64,000 bases of DNA, from contig DAOUBG010000007.1 in NCBI GenBank assembly GCA_034432895.1, positions 6,956 through 70,955 of the forward strand. Direction: 5' to 3'. The stretch's first letter is position 1; each line of letters opens with the position of its first letter. The notes beneath the pieces are model-generated. The model did no database searches. It was given only the letters and a program-made list of their open reading frames with translations, and was not told where the DNA came from. The stretch comes from Anaerolineales bacterium (GTDB lineage Bacteria; Chloroflexota; Anaerolineae; Anaerolineales; Villigracilaceae). Both the position numbers and the translations under genes were made by a program. Below are positions 1 through 9,658 of this stretch, piece after piece.

Positions 1-1466
1 TCCGGTTCAGTGGGGACCAGGTTCAGTGCTGCACCGACGAAAAATTGGGTCGGCTGGCCGATGCTGACGCCGGAATGATCCACGCCTAGGTTGAAGCCCT
101 GTTTGATGAGCTTGATCAGCCCGGAGGGCACGAGATCGTAGTTATCCATGGCCTCCGGGTAGTCACCGATGGCCGTTGGATCGCCCATGACTACGAAGAC
201 ATTGCGAATGCCGAGGGCATGGGCAGCGAGCAGATCGCCTTGGACGCGGAGCAGGTTGCGGCCGCGGGTGGGGAAGTGGAGGGTGGTTTCGATGCCCACC
301 TGTCGTTGGATCACGTCGCAGACGGCCCAGGCTGACATGCGCATGCGTGCCATCGGTGTATCGGCGACGTTGATCACGTCCGCGCCAGCCTCCTGGAGCA
401 AAGCGGCGGCGGCGACCAGTTTGTGGGTCGAAAGGCCGCGTGGCGGGTCCATTTCAACCGAGATGACGAAGCGGCCTGCCTGTAGCTTTTGGGCCAATTG
501 CGAAGGTGGCTCAGTACTCTGGACGATCTCTTCCACAGGTTGTACCCATTCAATGGGTGGGGCAATGCAACCTTGGGAACGTGCCAGGGCCTCGTGCATG
601 GCTGCGATGTGAGAAGGGGTGGTTCCACAGCAGCCACCGACCACGCGTGCCCCGGCCTGGCAGAACGAGAGGGCATACTCACCGAAATAGGTGGCATCGG
701 CCGGGTACATGATGCGCCCTCCGACCTGCTCCGGCCAGCCGGCGTTGGGTTTGACCCAGAAACGCGCTTGGGGTGCTACGGCGCGCATTTGCTTCAAGAT
801 GCGCAAAATTTGTGCCGGGCCTCCGGAACAGTTGACGCCGATCACATCTGCACCGGCTTCGGCTAGGGTGCGCGCGGCTTGAGCCGGATCGTCGCCCAAA
901 AGGGTGCGGTCATCGCGGGTGAAAGTGAGCGAAGCGACGACGGGCAAGGTGCAAACTTCTCGCGCCGCCTCGATGGCTAGGCGCGCTTCGTTTAGATCGC
1001 TGATCGTTTCGATGACGATCAGATCGGCGCCGGACCCGGCCAAGACGCGAATTTGCTCGGCGAAGGCCTGGCGCGCTTCTTCGGCGCGCACACGGCCATA
1101 AGGAGCTACGCGCACGCCCAAGGGACCCACATCACCGGCGATGAAAACCGGCTCTTGTGTTCCCTCGGCAGCCCGACGCGCTAATTCCACCCCGGCGCGG
1201 TGGATCGCTTCGAGTTGAGAGGCTAGGCCGTGTCGCGCTAGCTTATAGCGGTTGGCGCCGAAGGTGTTGGTGAGTAGCAGCCGCGCGCCGGCCTCGATAT
1301 ATTGCCGGTGGATCTGGAGGACCAGTTCTGGTTGGGTTAGGTTCAATTCGTCAAAGCAGCGATCGAACGGAATGCCCTGGGCGTGGAGCATGGTGCCCAT
1401 GGCGCCATCGGCCAGCAGGGGAGAACTCGCCCGATCGAGAAATTCCAAGAAATTGGGCTTTTCCAT
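1..1466 (-). CDS. bifunctional homocysteine S-methyltransferase / 5,10-methylenetetrahydrofolate reductase (YitJ-like); the C-terminal end runs off the window
   Basis: Absent from the supplied ORF track because there is no stop in the window. Hand translation of the minus strand from the ATG at 1466 gives MEKPNFLEFLDRASSPLLADGAMGTMLHAQG...VVGGCCGTTPSHIAAMHEAL (Hcy-methyltransferase Zn/Cys motif), then ...RFVISVEMDPPRGLSTHKL...HFPTRGRNLLRVQGDLL (MTHFR-like). The frame stays open down to position 1. The start lies 13 nt downstream of the metH stop. Confidence 0.8.
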   Translation of the reverse strand, partial: MEKPNFLEFLDRASSPLLADGAMGTMLHAQGIPFDRCFDELNLTQPELVLQIHRQYIEAGARLLLTNTFGANRYKLARHGLASQLEAIHRAGVELARRAAEGTQEPVFIAGDVGPLGVRVAPYGRVRAEEARQAFAEQIRVLAGSGADLIVIETISDLNEARLAIEAAREVCTLPVVASLTFTRDDRTLLGDDPAQAARTLAEAGADVIGVNCSGGPAQILRILKQMRAVAPQARFWVKPNAGWPEQVGGRIMYPADATYFGEYALSFCQAGARVVGGCCGTTPSHIAAMHEALARSQGCIAPPIEWVQPVEEIVQSTEPPSQLAQKLQAGRFVISVEMDPPRGLSTHKLVAAAALLQEAGADVINVADTPMARMRMSAWAVCDVIQRQVGIETTLHFPTRGRNLLRVQGDLLAAHALGIRNVFVVMGDPTAIGDYPEAMDNYDLVPSGLIKLIKQGFNLGVDHSGVSIGQPTQFFVGAALNLVPTEP

Positions 1467-1478
1467 TTCGCCTTTTCC

Positions 1479-4400
1479 CTATTCCTTCATAAGTTGTTCG
1501 ACGCGGCTTCCGCCAACGCTGTAGTATTTCGCTTCGGGGTGGTGGACGATAATCGCCGCGGTAGATTGTTCCGGCACCAGCTGATAGGCTACGGTGAGCG
1601 ACATACCCAGTGCGCTTTCAGCCGGTAGCAGGTCAAAGACTTTGCGATGATCTTCTAAATCCGGGATGGCCGGGTAGCCCCAGGAATAACGTTTGCCCTG
1701 ACCTTCCGCCAGCCCCAGTTCCCGGCGGATGTGACGGTGGAGATATTCTGCCGTGGCTTCGGCGGTTTGCACCGCTAGACCATGGAAGAAATAGGCCTCG
1801 GAGTAGTTGCCTTCGGCCTGAAGTTGCTCAAAACGCTCTGTAGCCATATCGCCGACGGTGACTACCTGGAAGGCGACCACATCGAATTTGCCCGAATCTA
1901 CGCCAGCGAAGTAATCGGCCAGGCAGAGATGTTCCTGATCGGGTTGGCGCGGGAAGGTGAAGCGCATGATCTCTTCGGGTGAAGAGGATTGCAAAGTGGC
2001 CGGGTCGTAAATAATCAGATCATCCCCTTCCGATTGACAGGGCCAGTAGCCGTAAACGCCTTGCGGTTTTAGCCAACCGTGGCGCATGGCTTCTTTTTGC
2101 ATGTACGCCAGACGTTTTTCAAACTCCGCTTGCAGGTGCTCCCATTCCTCCCCATGTGCGTTTTTCGCGCCCCAGGAGAGGCGGAAGAGCTCGTTTTTGG
2201 AAAGACATTGGAAGACCAGCTCCAAGGGCATTTCTTTGACGATGCGGGGACCCCATTTGCTAGGGAAGGGGATCGGCTGCGGTACCACCGCGGACCGGAG
2301 ACGGGCACCGGCGCTCCGGGTCGAAGGGAGGCGCCCGATTTCCATTTCGGCTTCGCGCCGGATACGGTCGAGAAGTACTTCGCGCCGCTGCGGGTCGATA
2401 AGGGCGTCCATCGTCTCTAACCCTTCAAATGCGTCCTTGCAGTAGAAGACGCCGGGAGTATAGGGATGGCCCTCTTCGGTGAAGAGGATGCGCCGACCGA
2501 AACGGCGGTTGATGGCGGCACCGCCGATCAGCACGGGGAATTGCAGGCCGCGCCGTTGAAGCTCGTTCACGATCAGCGGCATTTGCCGCGAGGTGCTCAC
2601 CAGCAGCGCCGAAAGGCCGATCGCCGTGGCCTGCGTTTCAACGGCCGTCTGGATGATCTTTTCGGCCGGCACTTGCTTGCCGAGATCGATCACTTCGTAG
2701 CCGTTGTTGGCAAGGATAGTTTTGACCAGGTTTTTGCCGATGTCATGGACATCGCCGTAAACTGTGGCCAACACGATGCGCCCTTTGCTCACGCCCTCTT
2801 TCTTCTCCAAGTAGGTTTCCAAGTGGGCGACGGCACGTTTCATGACTTCGGCAGATTGGAGCACAAAGGGCAGGATTAGCTCTCCGGCGCCGAATTTATC
2901 GCCGACTTCTTTCATGGCTGGCAGGAGCACGGTGTTCAGGATGCGCACGGCGGAGGCATGTTGCCGCGCCCGGAGGGGTTGATCGCTCATTTCCTGTTCC
3001 AGGTCGCGGGTGATGATCTCGTCGATATCCGTTTCGACCCCTTCCTTGTGACGGTGTACTACGCGCCAATACAAGCGCTGTTCGGGGGGCATGCCGGCGG
3101 TTGGATCGGCAACCGCGCTTTCGGCCTGGGGGCTGACTTTTTCAAAGTATTCGATGTAGCGCTGGAGGGCATCCGGGCGGCGGTTGAAGATCAGGTCTTC
3201 GGCCAGTTCGCGGGCTTCGGTGGGGATATCGGCATAAGCGGTGACGTGGGCTGGGTTGATGATCGCCATATCCAGGCCGGCTTGGACGGCGTGATAGAGC
3301 ATGACCGAGTTCAGCACCGGGCGGGCATGCGGTGCTAGGCCGAAGGAGAGGTTGCTCACACCGAGCGAGGTGAGCACGCCGGGCAGGTTTTGTTTGATCA
3401 GGCGAATGCCTTCAAGCGTTTCGATGGCGGAGTTGGCGAATTCGGGATCGCCGGTGGCGAGGGTAAAGGTGAGGGCATCGAAAACCAGTGACTCAGGGGG
3501 CAGGCCATGATCTTTGACGGCGATCTCGTAAAGGCGCTGCGCTACTTCCAGCTTGCGTTCGCGGGTTTTGGCCATGCCTTGCTCGTCGATCGTCAGGCAG
3601 ATCACGGCAGCATTGTGTTCTTTGGCCAAACGGAAGACACGATCGGCTTTGGCGCGGCCGCCTTCGAGGTGGGTGGAGTTGATCAGGCAGCGACCGGGGG
3701 CCGTCTTGAGCGCCACTTCGAGCACTTCGACCTCGGTGGTATCGATCACCAGGGGCACTTCAACGCCCATGGAGAGCTTTTTGACGACTTTGCGCATCAG
3801 CTCCGCTTCATCGGGGCGCTCGGTGAGGGCCGTGGAAATATCCAGGGCATGAGCGCCGTTATTCACCTGCTCGCGTGCTAGTTCCAGGATGCCATCGTAA
3901 TCTTCGGCCAGCAGGAGTTGCTTGAATTTGCGACTCCCCTGGGCGTTACAACGTTCGCCGATCAGCATCGGTGGTGGGTTCTGACGCATGGGCATGGCCT
4001 GAATGGCCGAGGCCAGGCGCGGCAGGGAAAGGATGGGGCGGGGGGGATGGGGTTTGCCGTGCAATTTTTCGACCAGTAACTTTAGGTGCGCCGGCGTGGT
4101 GCCACAACAGCCACCCACGACGCTGATGTGGTGTTTTTCGACGAATTCGACCAGTGCTTCGGCAAATGGTTCGGGCTCGAGGGGATAAACGGCTTGACCA
4201 TCTACGTTCAACGGCAGGCCGGCATTGGGAATGCAGGATACCGGTAGGCGGGATTGTTCCCCCAGGATGCGGATCGGTTCGCGCATGTGTTCTGGGCCGG
4301 TGGAGCAGTTCAGGCCGATCACGTCGATCGGCAGGCCTTCTAGAATGGTAAGCGCGGCTTGAATATCCGTCCCCAGCAGCATGCGCCCGGTGGTATCCAG

Positions 4401-5012
4401 CGTTACCTGGGCCTGGATCGGCAGCCAAATGCCGGTTTCTTCAAAGGCGCGTTGTATGCCGTGAATGGCGGCTTTGACCTCGAGAATATCTTGGGAAGTC
4501 TCGATCAGCAGCACATCTACACCCCCTTGGATCAATCCTACCGCTTGTTCGCGGAAGACCTCGGCCAGTTCGTCGAAAGTGATGTTGGAGAGCTCAGGAT
4601 CGTCGGCGGAGGGCAATTTACCACTTGGGCCGATCGAGCCGGCCACGAAGCGGGGTTGGCCGCTGCGTGCGGCGTATTCATCAGCCAGACGACGGGCCAG
4701 GGAGGCTGCAGCGCGGTTGATCTCGATCACTCGATCGGCGAGGCCGTATTCTGCCAGAGTGATGCGGTTGGAGCGGAAGGTGTTGGTTTCGATCACATCT
4801 ACACCGATTTCCAGGAAGGAGCGATGGACGGCTTCCACTGCCTGAGGGTAGGTGATAACGAGGTAATCGTTGCAGCCGACATAGCGTTCACCGCCGAACT
4901 CTTTGGCGCCGAGGTTCATCTTTTGTAGATTGGTCCCCATGGCACCATCGTAGATCAATACGCGCTCTTCTAGAGCATCTAGATAACGACGGTTTGTGTA
5001 TTTGCGAGACAT
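1479..5012 (-). CDS. metH: cobalamin-dependent methionine synthase
   Basis: The 1197-aa ORF contains an Hcy domain (GGCCGTTPAHL), a pterin-binding domain, the B12-binding DxHxxG motif (GDVHDIGKNLV) and a C-terminal AdoMet activation domain. I place the start at the internal ATG at 5012 (MSRKYTNRRYLDALEE), preceded by GGAG. The upstream 20 codons of the ORF overlap the riboswitch terminator. Confidence 0.95.
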   Translation of the reverse strand: MSRKYTNRRYLDALEERVLIYDGAMGTNLQKMNLGAKEFGGERYVGCNDYLVITYPQAVEAVHRSFLEIGVDVIETNTFRSNRITLAEYGLADRVIEINRAAASLARRLADEYAARSGQPRFVAGSIGPSGKLPSADDPELSNITFDELAEVFREQAVGLIQGGVDVLLIETSQDILEVKAAIHGIQRAFEETGIWLPIQAQVTLDTTGRMLLGTDIQAALTILEGLPIDVIGLNCSTGPEHMREPIRILGEQSRLPVSCIPNAGLPLNVDGQAVYPLEPEPFAEALVEFVEKHHISVVGGCCGTTPAHLKLLVEKLHGKPHPPRPILSLPRLASAIQAMPMRQNPPPMLIGERCNAQGSRKFKQLLLAEDYDGILELAREQVNNGAHALDISTALTERPDEAELMRKVVKKLSMGVEVPLVIDTTEVEVLEVALKTAPGRCLINSTHLEGGRAKADRVFRLAKEHNAAVICLTIDEQGMAKTRERKLEVAQRLYEIAVKDHGLPPESLVFDALTFTLATGDPEFANSAIETLEGIRLIKQNLPGVLTSLGVSNLSFGLAPHARPVLNSVMLYHAVQAGLDMAIINPAHVTAYADIPTEARELAEDLIFNRRPDALQRYIEYFEKVSPQAESAVADPTAGMPPEQRLYWRVVHRHKEGVETDIDEIITRDLEQEMSDQPLRARQHASAVRILNTVLLPAMKEVGDKFGAGELILPFVLQSAEVMKRAVAHLETYLEKKEGVSKGRIVLATVYGDVHDIGKNLVKTILANNGYEVIDLGKQVPAEKIIQTAVETQATAIGLSALLVSTSRQMPLIVNELQRRGLQFPVLIGGAAINRRFGRRILFTEEGHPYTPGVFYCKDAFEGLETMDALIDPQRREVLLDRIRREAEMEIGRLPSTRSAGARLRSAVVPQPIPFPSKWGPRIVKEMPLELVFQCLSKNELFRLSWGAKNAHGEEWEHLQAEFEKRLAYMQKEAMRHGWLKPQGVYGYWPCQSEGDDLIIYDPATLQSSSPEEIMRFTFPRQPDQEHLCLADYFAGVDSGKFDVVAFQVVTVGDMATERFEQLQAEGNYSEAYFFHGLAVQTAEATAEYLHRHIRRELGLAEGQGKRYSWGYPAIPDLEDHRKVFDLLPAESALGMSLTVAYQLVPEQSTAAIIVHHPEAKYYSVGGSRVEQLMKE

Positions 5013-5027
5013 AGGTACTCCAGGTAA

Positions 5028-5055
5028 CAAAATAGCCTCTCTGGAATGAGAGGCC
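5028..5055 (-). terminator. intrinsic terminator / expression platform of the SAM riboswitch
   Basis: The minus strand reads GCCTCTC-ATTCCA-GAGAGGC followed by TATTTTGTT. It sits between the aptamer and the metH start. Confidence 0.6.
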
Positions 5056-5080
5056 GGAAGTGTTGAAAGCATCCATCCTG

Positions 5081-5194
<114 letters not shown>

Positions 5195-5206
5195 TTGCTG
5201 GGGGTA

Positions 5207-5235
5207 AGTGTATCACAGGAAGAGGGGAATGTCAA
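5207..5235 (-). promoter_or_regulatory. sigma-70-type promoter for the riboswitch-metH transcript
   Basis: The minus strand has TTGACA (5235-5230), a 17-nt spacer and TACACT (5212-5207), about 13 nt upstream of the aptamer. Confidence 0.55.
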
Positions 5236-5573
5236 ACAAACCTGGAGTCTATTGCAAAAGCCGCAGCTTGTCACTGCAAAAACTTTGTTTGTTCTATGGG
5301 CTCGATAGTAGAGGAACAAACGCGGATGACACGAAAAATTATGAAAAGCTTTGCGGTAAAAACGGTTTTTGACCACATTCCATCGTCGTACCGCAAACGA
5401 AAACGGCCGATCATGCCGCTGGGCGAATCCGTCGCCGGATAAATCTGGCGGCTATGGAACGGCGGATCGATCCGCCTTCGTACAGCACACATATCAGAAG
5501 CTGGAAACTAAGCTCGGAATGGTCTTGTGAAATGCTGTACCAAGGGAATGGGACACAAACGGATGCGACAATC

Positions 5574-5624
5574 GGTCCACAGTCCACGCTCTACCGTCCG
5601 CGGTCCACCCTCTATCCTCCATGG
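5574..5624 (+). repeat. C/T-rich word repeat, locus A
   Basis: The sequence is ggtccacagtccacgctctaccgtccgcggtccaccctctatcctccatgg. It shares the words GTCCAC, CCGCGGTCC and GGTCCACC with loci at 12722, 39427 and 61433. Confidence 0.6.
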
Positions 5625-5628
5625 GCAG

Positions 5629-5657
5629 TGGTATAATCTGACTGACCAGTCAGTCAG
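5629..5657 (+). promoter_or_regulatory. extended -10 promoter plus putative TetR operator palindrome
   Basis: TGgTATAAT (5629-5637) is followed directly by the perfect inverted repeat CTGACTGAC-ca-GTCAGTCAG (5638-5657), 14 nt upstream of the tetR ATG. Confidence 0.5.
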
Positions 5658-5670
5658 CGCGAGGTGAACG

Positions 5671-6264
5671 ATGCATCTCTTTCCACCCTCTTCGGCGCGC
5701 AATCGCGTCTTACAAGCGGCATTGGAGGTCTTTGCTGAAAAAGGTTATCACGAGGCCACGATGGACGAGGTGGCCAAGGTGGCCCAGGTTTCCAAGGGGG
5801 CTTTGTATTTGCATTTTCCCAGCAAGCAAGAGCTGTTCGCTTCGCTGCTAGATGCGGCCACCGAGATGCTTGTGAATGCGATGCGCGAGGCAATGGCGCC
5901 GCACGCCAGTCACCGACGGCGGATGTATGCCGCTCTTCAGGCGGCTTTCAGCCTTTTTCAGCAATATCGCACCCTGGCGCGTTTGATCTTCCTGCGGGTG
6001 GGGACCAATCCGCTGCTGGAACGCAAAATTTTCGAGGCGCATCGCCGCATTAGTGATCTGATCGAAGAGCAAATCCGCGCGGCTTGCACTTCAGAAGAGA
6101 TAGTGCAGGAGAATGTGCCCTTCCTGGCGCTGATGTGGACCGGAGCGATCTACGAGGTCCTGGTCTGGTGGCTGTATCAGGAGAATCCACCCGATTTGGC
6201 CACTCTGGTCGATCCACTTTATACGGTGCTGCTCCGTACTTTGAACCTTTTGCCGGAGGCCTGA
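5671..6264 (+). CDS. TetR/AcrR family transcriptional regulator
   Basis: The N-terminal HTH region reads RNRVLQAALEVFAEKGYHEATMDEVAKVAQVSKGALYLHFPSKQELF. The stop overlaps the menF start (TGATG). Confidence 0.9.
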   Translation: MHLFPPSSARNRVLQAALEVFAEKGYHEATMDEVAKVAQVSKGALYLHFPSKQELFASLLDAATEMLVNAMREAMAPHASHRRRMYAALQAAFSLFQQYRTLARLIFLRVGTNPLLERKIFEAHRRISDLIEEQIRAACTSEEIVQENVPFLALMWTGAIYEVLVWWLYQENPPDLATLVDPLYTVLLRTLNLLPEA

Positions 6265-7907
6265 TGCTTTGCTCGACGAAAATCAAGCATGTTTCGGAAT
6301 CGCTAGATGCCGCGATGCCTGTGCCGTACCTCCTACAGCGCTATATCTTGCGCTGGGAGGGCGAATTTCCCTCCATTGAGTGGTTGGAGGGTCATCTTGG
6401 CGCCTATTTGGTGATGCCGGCGCGCGGAGAACGCTTCCTGGCATTGGGGTGGTGTGCTCAATTTTCGCCGTGGCGTTCAGGGGATCTGCGCCTTTGGCTT
6501 GATGAACTGAACAAGCGATTGCATGATGCGGGAAAGGGGAAAGCGTTCCATCTACCTTTGCGCGCCTTCGGCAACTTTGCCTTTTCGGCTTCGATTCCGA
6601 ACTCGCAAATGCCACCGCGTTTTGGCTTGCCTGTGCTTCTATGGAGCGAGGAGAGGGGAGGTCGGTGGTTGACGCTTTACCACTGGGCACAGCAGCCGCA
6701 GGACGCGTTGACGGACGGTCAATTGCAAGCGCGGTTGACGGCTCTGATACACCGGGTGGGTTCGGTTATTGAATTTTGTGTAGCCAAGAGAGACACAATT
6801 GCCGTCAGCGCAAATAGCACTAGCATGGGTATTGCTGCCAGCACAAACAGTGTTAGCCTAGGTATCGCTGCCGAGACAAATAATGCCAGCAGAGGGATTG
6901 CCGATGGCAAAAGGAATAGCAACGGCAACGGTCACCGCAACGAGCATAGAAACGCGAATGCTGACGATAGCCCTGATGGTGAGGAGTATGCCGATCGGCG
7001 AGAGGGCAGGGTGCCGGGTATCATCTCTGCTGCCTGGGAAGGGCAGTTCCCGCGGCTCTGGGAGCGCTATCGGACAGGCGAGTTGCAAATTTCCCCATTC
7101 CCGGCCTTCGAGGAATGGAAGGTGCAAATTGTGACCTTGCAGGAAGCAATGCGCCGCGGGGAGGTGGAGAAGGTGGTGCTGGCACGCACCTTGCACCTGC
7201 AGCAGGAGGAGCGTTGGCGACCGGAGGCCGTTTTTCAGGCGCTGTGGCGCGCCTATCCAGAAAGTCATTTGTTCTTTTTCCGCTTTGAGGATGAAAAGAC
7301 GTTCTTGGGTGCGACGCCGGAGCGCTTGGTGCGGGTGGAAAACGGCCAATTGGAGACGATGGCACTGGCCGGTTCCCTGCCGCGCGGCGCCGAGGCTCAA
7401 GAGGATGCCATCTTGACGCAACGCTTGCTCACCGATCCGCGCTTGCGCTTGGAGCATCAGATTGTGGTGGAATCCATCTGCCGCCGCCTGGAACCATTGG
7501 CGCAACATATTGAGCTTTCTGAGGTGCGTCCGTTCTTGCTTCCCAATGTGCAGCATTTGCAGGTGCAGATTCGAGGTCAATTGGCTGCCGAATATGACGT
7601 TCTGGATGTCGTAGATGCGTTGCATCCGACGGCGGCGCTGGGTGGGGAGCCGCGCCAAGCGGCGCTAGCATGGATTGAACGCTTGGAACCGTTTGAGCGG
7701 GGTTGGTACGGCGCGCCGTTCGGTTGGGTGGATGCGAAGGGAAACGGCGATTTCTACGTGGCCCTACGTTGCGGGTTGCTGCGCCTGAAGGAAGCGCAGC
7801 TCTTTGCCGGGGCTGGCATTCTGCCGCAATCCGATCCGCAGGCGGAGTGGGAGGAGACGGCGCTCAAGTTTCGCCCGATGCTTCAGGCGCTGGAGGCAAG
7901 CCTATGA
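6264..7907 (+). CDS. menF: isochorismate synthase with a long N-terminal extension
   Basis: The C-terminal chorismate-binding domain includes GATPERLVRV, ALHPTAALGGEP, RGWYGAPFGW and AGAGILPQSDPQAEWEET. The start is taken at ATG 6264, in frame with ORF 6084..7907 and overlapping the tetR stop. Confidence 0.85.
   Translation: MLCSTKIKHVSESLDAAMPVPYLLQRYILRWEGEFPSIEWLEGHLGAYLVMPARGERFLALGWCAQFSPWRSGDLRLWLDELNKRLHDAGKGKAFHLPLRAFGNFAFSASIPNSQMPPRFGLPVLLWSEERGGRWLTLYHWAQQPQDALTDGQLQARLTALIHRVGSVIEFCVAKRDTIAVSANSTSMGIAASTNSVSLGIAAETNNASRGIADGKRNSNGNGHRNEHRNANADDSPDGEEYADRREGRVPGIISAAWEGQFPRLWERYRTGELQISPFPAFEEWKVQIVTLQEAMRRGEVEKVVLARTLHLQQEERWRPEAVFQALWRAYPESHLFFFRFEDEKTFLGATPERLVRVENGQLETMALAGSLPRGAEAQEDAILTQRLLTDPRLRLEHQIVVESICRRLEPLAQHIELSEVRPFLLPNVQHLQVQIRGQLAAEYDVLDVVDALHPTAALGGEPRQAALAWIERLEPFERGWYGAPFGWVDAKGNGDFYVALRCGLLRLKEAQLFAGAGILPQSDPQAEWEETALKFRPMLQALEASL
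6813..6911 (+). repeat. three imperfect in-frame 33-bp tandem repeats inside menF
   Basis: The units are aatagcactagcatgggtattgctgccagcaca / aacagtgttagcctaggtatcgctgccgagaca / aataatgccagcagagggattgccgatggcaaa. They encode NSTSMGIAAST / NSVSLGIAAET / NNASRGIADGK. By hand alignment, units 1 and 2 match at 23 of 33 positions. Confidence 0.8.
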
Positions 7908-9643
7908 ACTTGCCGGCCAATCGCAATTTGCTTTGGGCACGGGTTTTCCTGGCCGAGTGGATCGGGCAGGGGCTGCAGGCAGCCTGTGTGGCTTCTGGAT
8001 CGCGTTCCACGCCATTGGCAATGACGCTGGCGGAATTTGCCGCTCAGGGGGCGCTACGTCTCTATGTGCATAACGATGAACGCTCCACGGCGTATTTCGC
8101 TTTGGGCTTGGCGCGGGCTTCCGGCCGGCCGGTAGCGGTACTCTGCACTTCGGGGACGGCGGCGGCCAATTTTTACCCGGCGGTGATCGAGGCGGAGGCT
8201 TCGGAGGTGCCGTTGCTGCTGCTGACGGCCGATCGCCCGCCGGAACTGCGCGCCAGCGGAGCGAATCAGACGATCGATCAGGTGAAGCTTTTCGGAGATG
8301 CGGTGCGCACCTATGTGGAGGTGCCGTTGCCGGAGGCCGATCCATCTCCTGCCGCTTTGCGCGCCTTGCGCGGACTGGCGGCGCGCACCTGGTTGACGGC
8401 GCTTGCGCCGTTGCCGGGGCCGGTTCAGGTGAATTTCCCTTTCCACAAACCCTTGGAGCCTATCCCGGTGAGCGGGGATGTGCCGGCCTGGCTGGAAGCC
8501 GATCACGCGCTCTTGCGCCCGCAGGCACAGACGCATTTCGCCCTCCAGGCACGTTTGGAGCCTGCCTCGCCGGAGGTGAATTGGTTTTTGGAACGCCTGG
8601 AAGGGGCAGAGCGCCCGGCGATCGTATGCGGGCCGCGCAGCGCGCCGGATGCGGCGTTCGGGCCCGCGGTGCTTCGCCTGGCGGAGCGATTCGGCGCGCC
8701 GATCTTCGCCGATGCCCTTTCCGGGGTGCGCTTTGGACAGGAACATCCGCTGCTTTTCGGCGCGTATGATGCCTGGATTGCCCGCCTGCCTCGGCCGGAT
8801 TTCGTCCTGCGCTTCGGCGATCTTCCGACTTCCACCGCGTTGATGGATTGGCTGGATGAGGAGGGGATCGAGCATGTATATGTGGGGCGCTACCCGCGTT
8901 GGCGCGATGACCGTTTTCGTACGACGCGCTTCCTTTTAGCCGACCCGACAGCACTCTTAAGCGTCTTAAACGCCGCGGCTTCGGGTTCGGCGCGTCCCGC
9001 AACGGCTTGGTCTGAATCCGCCCGCCGCTATGCTCAGGCGTTTGACCAGGCCCTGAGTGCGGCACGTACCCATCCCGATTGCGAAGCTTGTGTCCTCCCC
9101 ATCCTTTTTGATTTTTTACCACCCGGAGAGGCACTGATGGTCTCCAGTAGCCTGCCGGTGCGGCATTTGGATCAGTTCATCTCGCCGAGGGCGAAGGAGG
9201 TGCGTATCTTTGCCAACCGCGGCGCCAGCGGGATTGATGGGGTGCTTTCGACCGGGCTGGGGTTGGCGGCGCATTTTGGGCATGTGACAATGGTGCTGGG
9301 TGACCTGGCGTTCTATCACGATATGAACGGGTTGTTAGCGTTGCGGCGCTATGGGCTGAAGGCGACCATCCTGGTGATCCAGAACGATGGCGGGGGGATT
9401 TTCTATCGCCTGCCGGTGGCGCATTTCGAGCCACCGTTCCGTGAATTGTTCGTTACGCCCCATGGGTTGCGGTTTGCGCCGGTGGCCGAACTTTATGGGT
9501 TGACCTATCATTTTGTCGAAAATGTGCAAGAGTTGCGGCAGGTGTTGAGCGACCTGAATTGGGAGCAACCGAGTTTGATCGAGGTGCGCACCGATGCCCA
9601 GGCTTTTGAAAATTGGCGCAGGCAGTTTTTTGCCACCCTATAA
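7904..9643 (+). CDS. menD: 2-succinyl-5-enolpyruvyl-6-hydroxy-3-cyclohexene-1-carboxylate (SEPHCHC) synthase
   Basis: The protein reads MNLPANRNLLWARVFLAEW...VLCTSGTAAANFYPAVIEA...LLLTADRPPELR and carries the ThDP motif GDLAFYHDMNGL. ATG 7904 overlaps the menF stop (ATGA). Confidence 0.93.
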   Translation: MNLPANRNLLWARVFLAEWIGQGLQAACVASGSRSTPLAMTLAEFAAQGALRLYVHNDERSTAYFALGLARASGRPVAVLCTSGTAAANFYPAVIEAEASEVPLLLLTADRPPELRASGANQTIDQVKLFGDAVRTYVEVPLPEADPSPAALRALRGLAARTWLTALAPLPGPVQVNFPFHKPLEPIPVSGDVPAWLEADHALLRPQAQTHFALQARLEPASPEVNWFLERLEGAERPAIVCGPRSAPDAAFGPAVLRLAERFGAPIFADALSGVRFGQEHPLLFGAYDAWIARLPRPDFVLRFGDLPTSTALMDWLDEEGIEHVYVGRYPRWRDDRFRTTRFLLADPTALLSVLNAAASGSARPATAWSESARRYAQAFDQALSAARTHPDCEACVLPILFDFLPPGEALMVSSSLPVRHLDQFISPRAKEVRIFANRGASGIDGVLSTGLGLAAHFGHVTMVLGDLAFYHDMNGLLALRRYGLKATILVIQNDGGGIFYRLPVAHFEPPFRELFVTPHGLRFAPVAELYGLTYHFVENVQELRQVLSDLNWEQPSLIEVRTDAQAFENWRRQFFATL

Positions 9644-9658
9644 ATTTTTCGGGAGGAA

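Noticed and set aside
169-1524. Several + strand ORFs of 60-150 aa lie at the left edge of the window.
   Set aside because: The minus strand carries an uninterrupted YitJ-like reading frame with clear motifs across the same region.
5013-5072. The metH ORF has a 20-codon N-terminal extension (MLSTLPASHSREAILLPGVP).
   Set aside because: The extension overlaps the riboswitch terminator hairpin. The internal ATG 5012 has a GGAG SD, and the conserved MetH N-terminus begins there.
6813-6911. I asked whether the 33-bp tandem repeats could be a CRISPR or other non-coding array.
   Set aside because: There are only three units, they are contiguous without spacers, and they are in frame within menF. 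No cas genes or other arrays are seen anywhere in the window.
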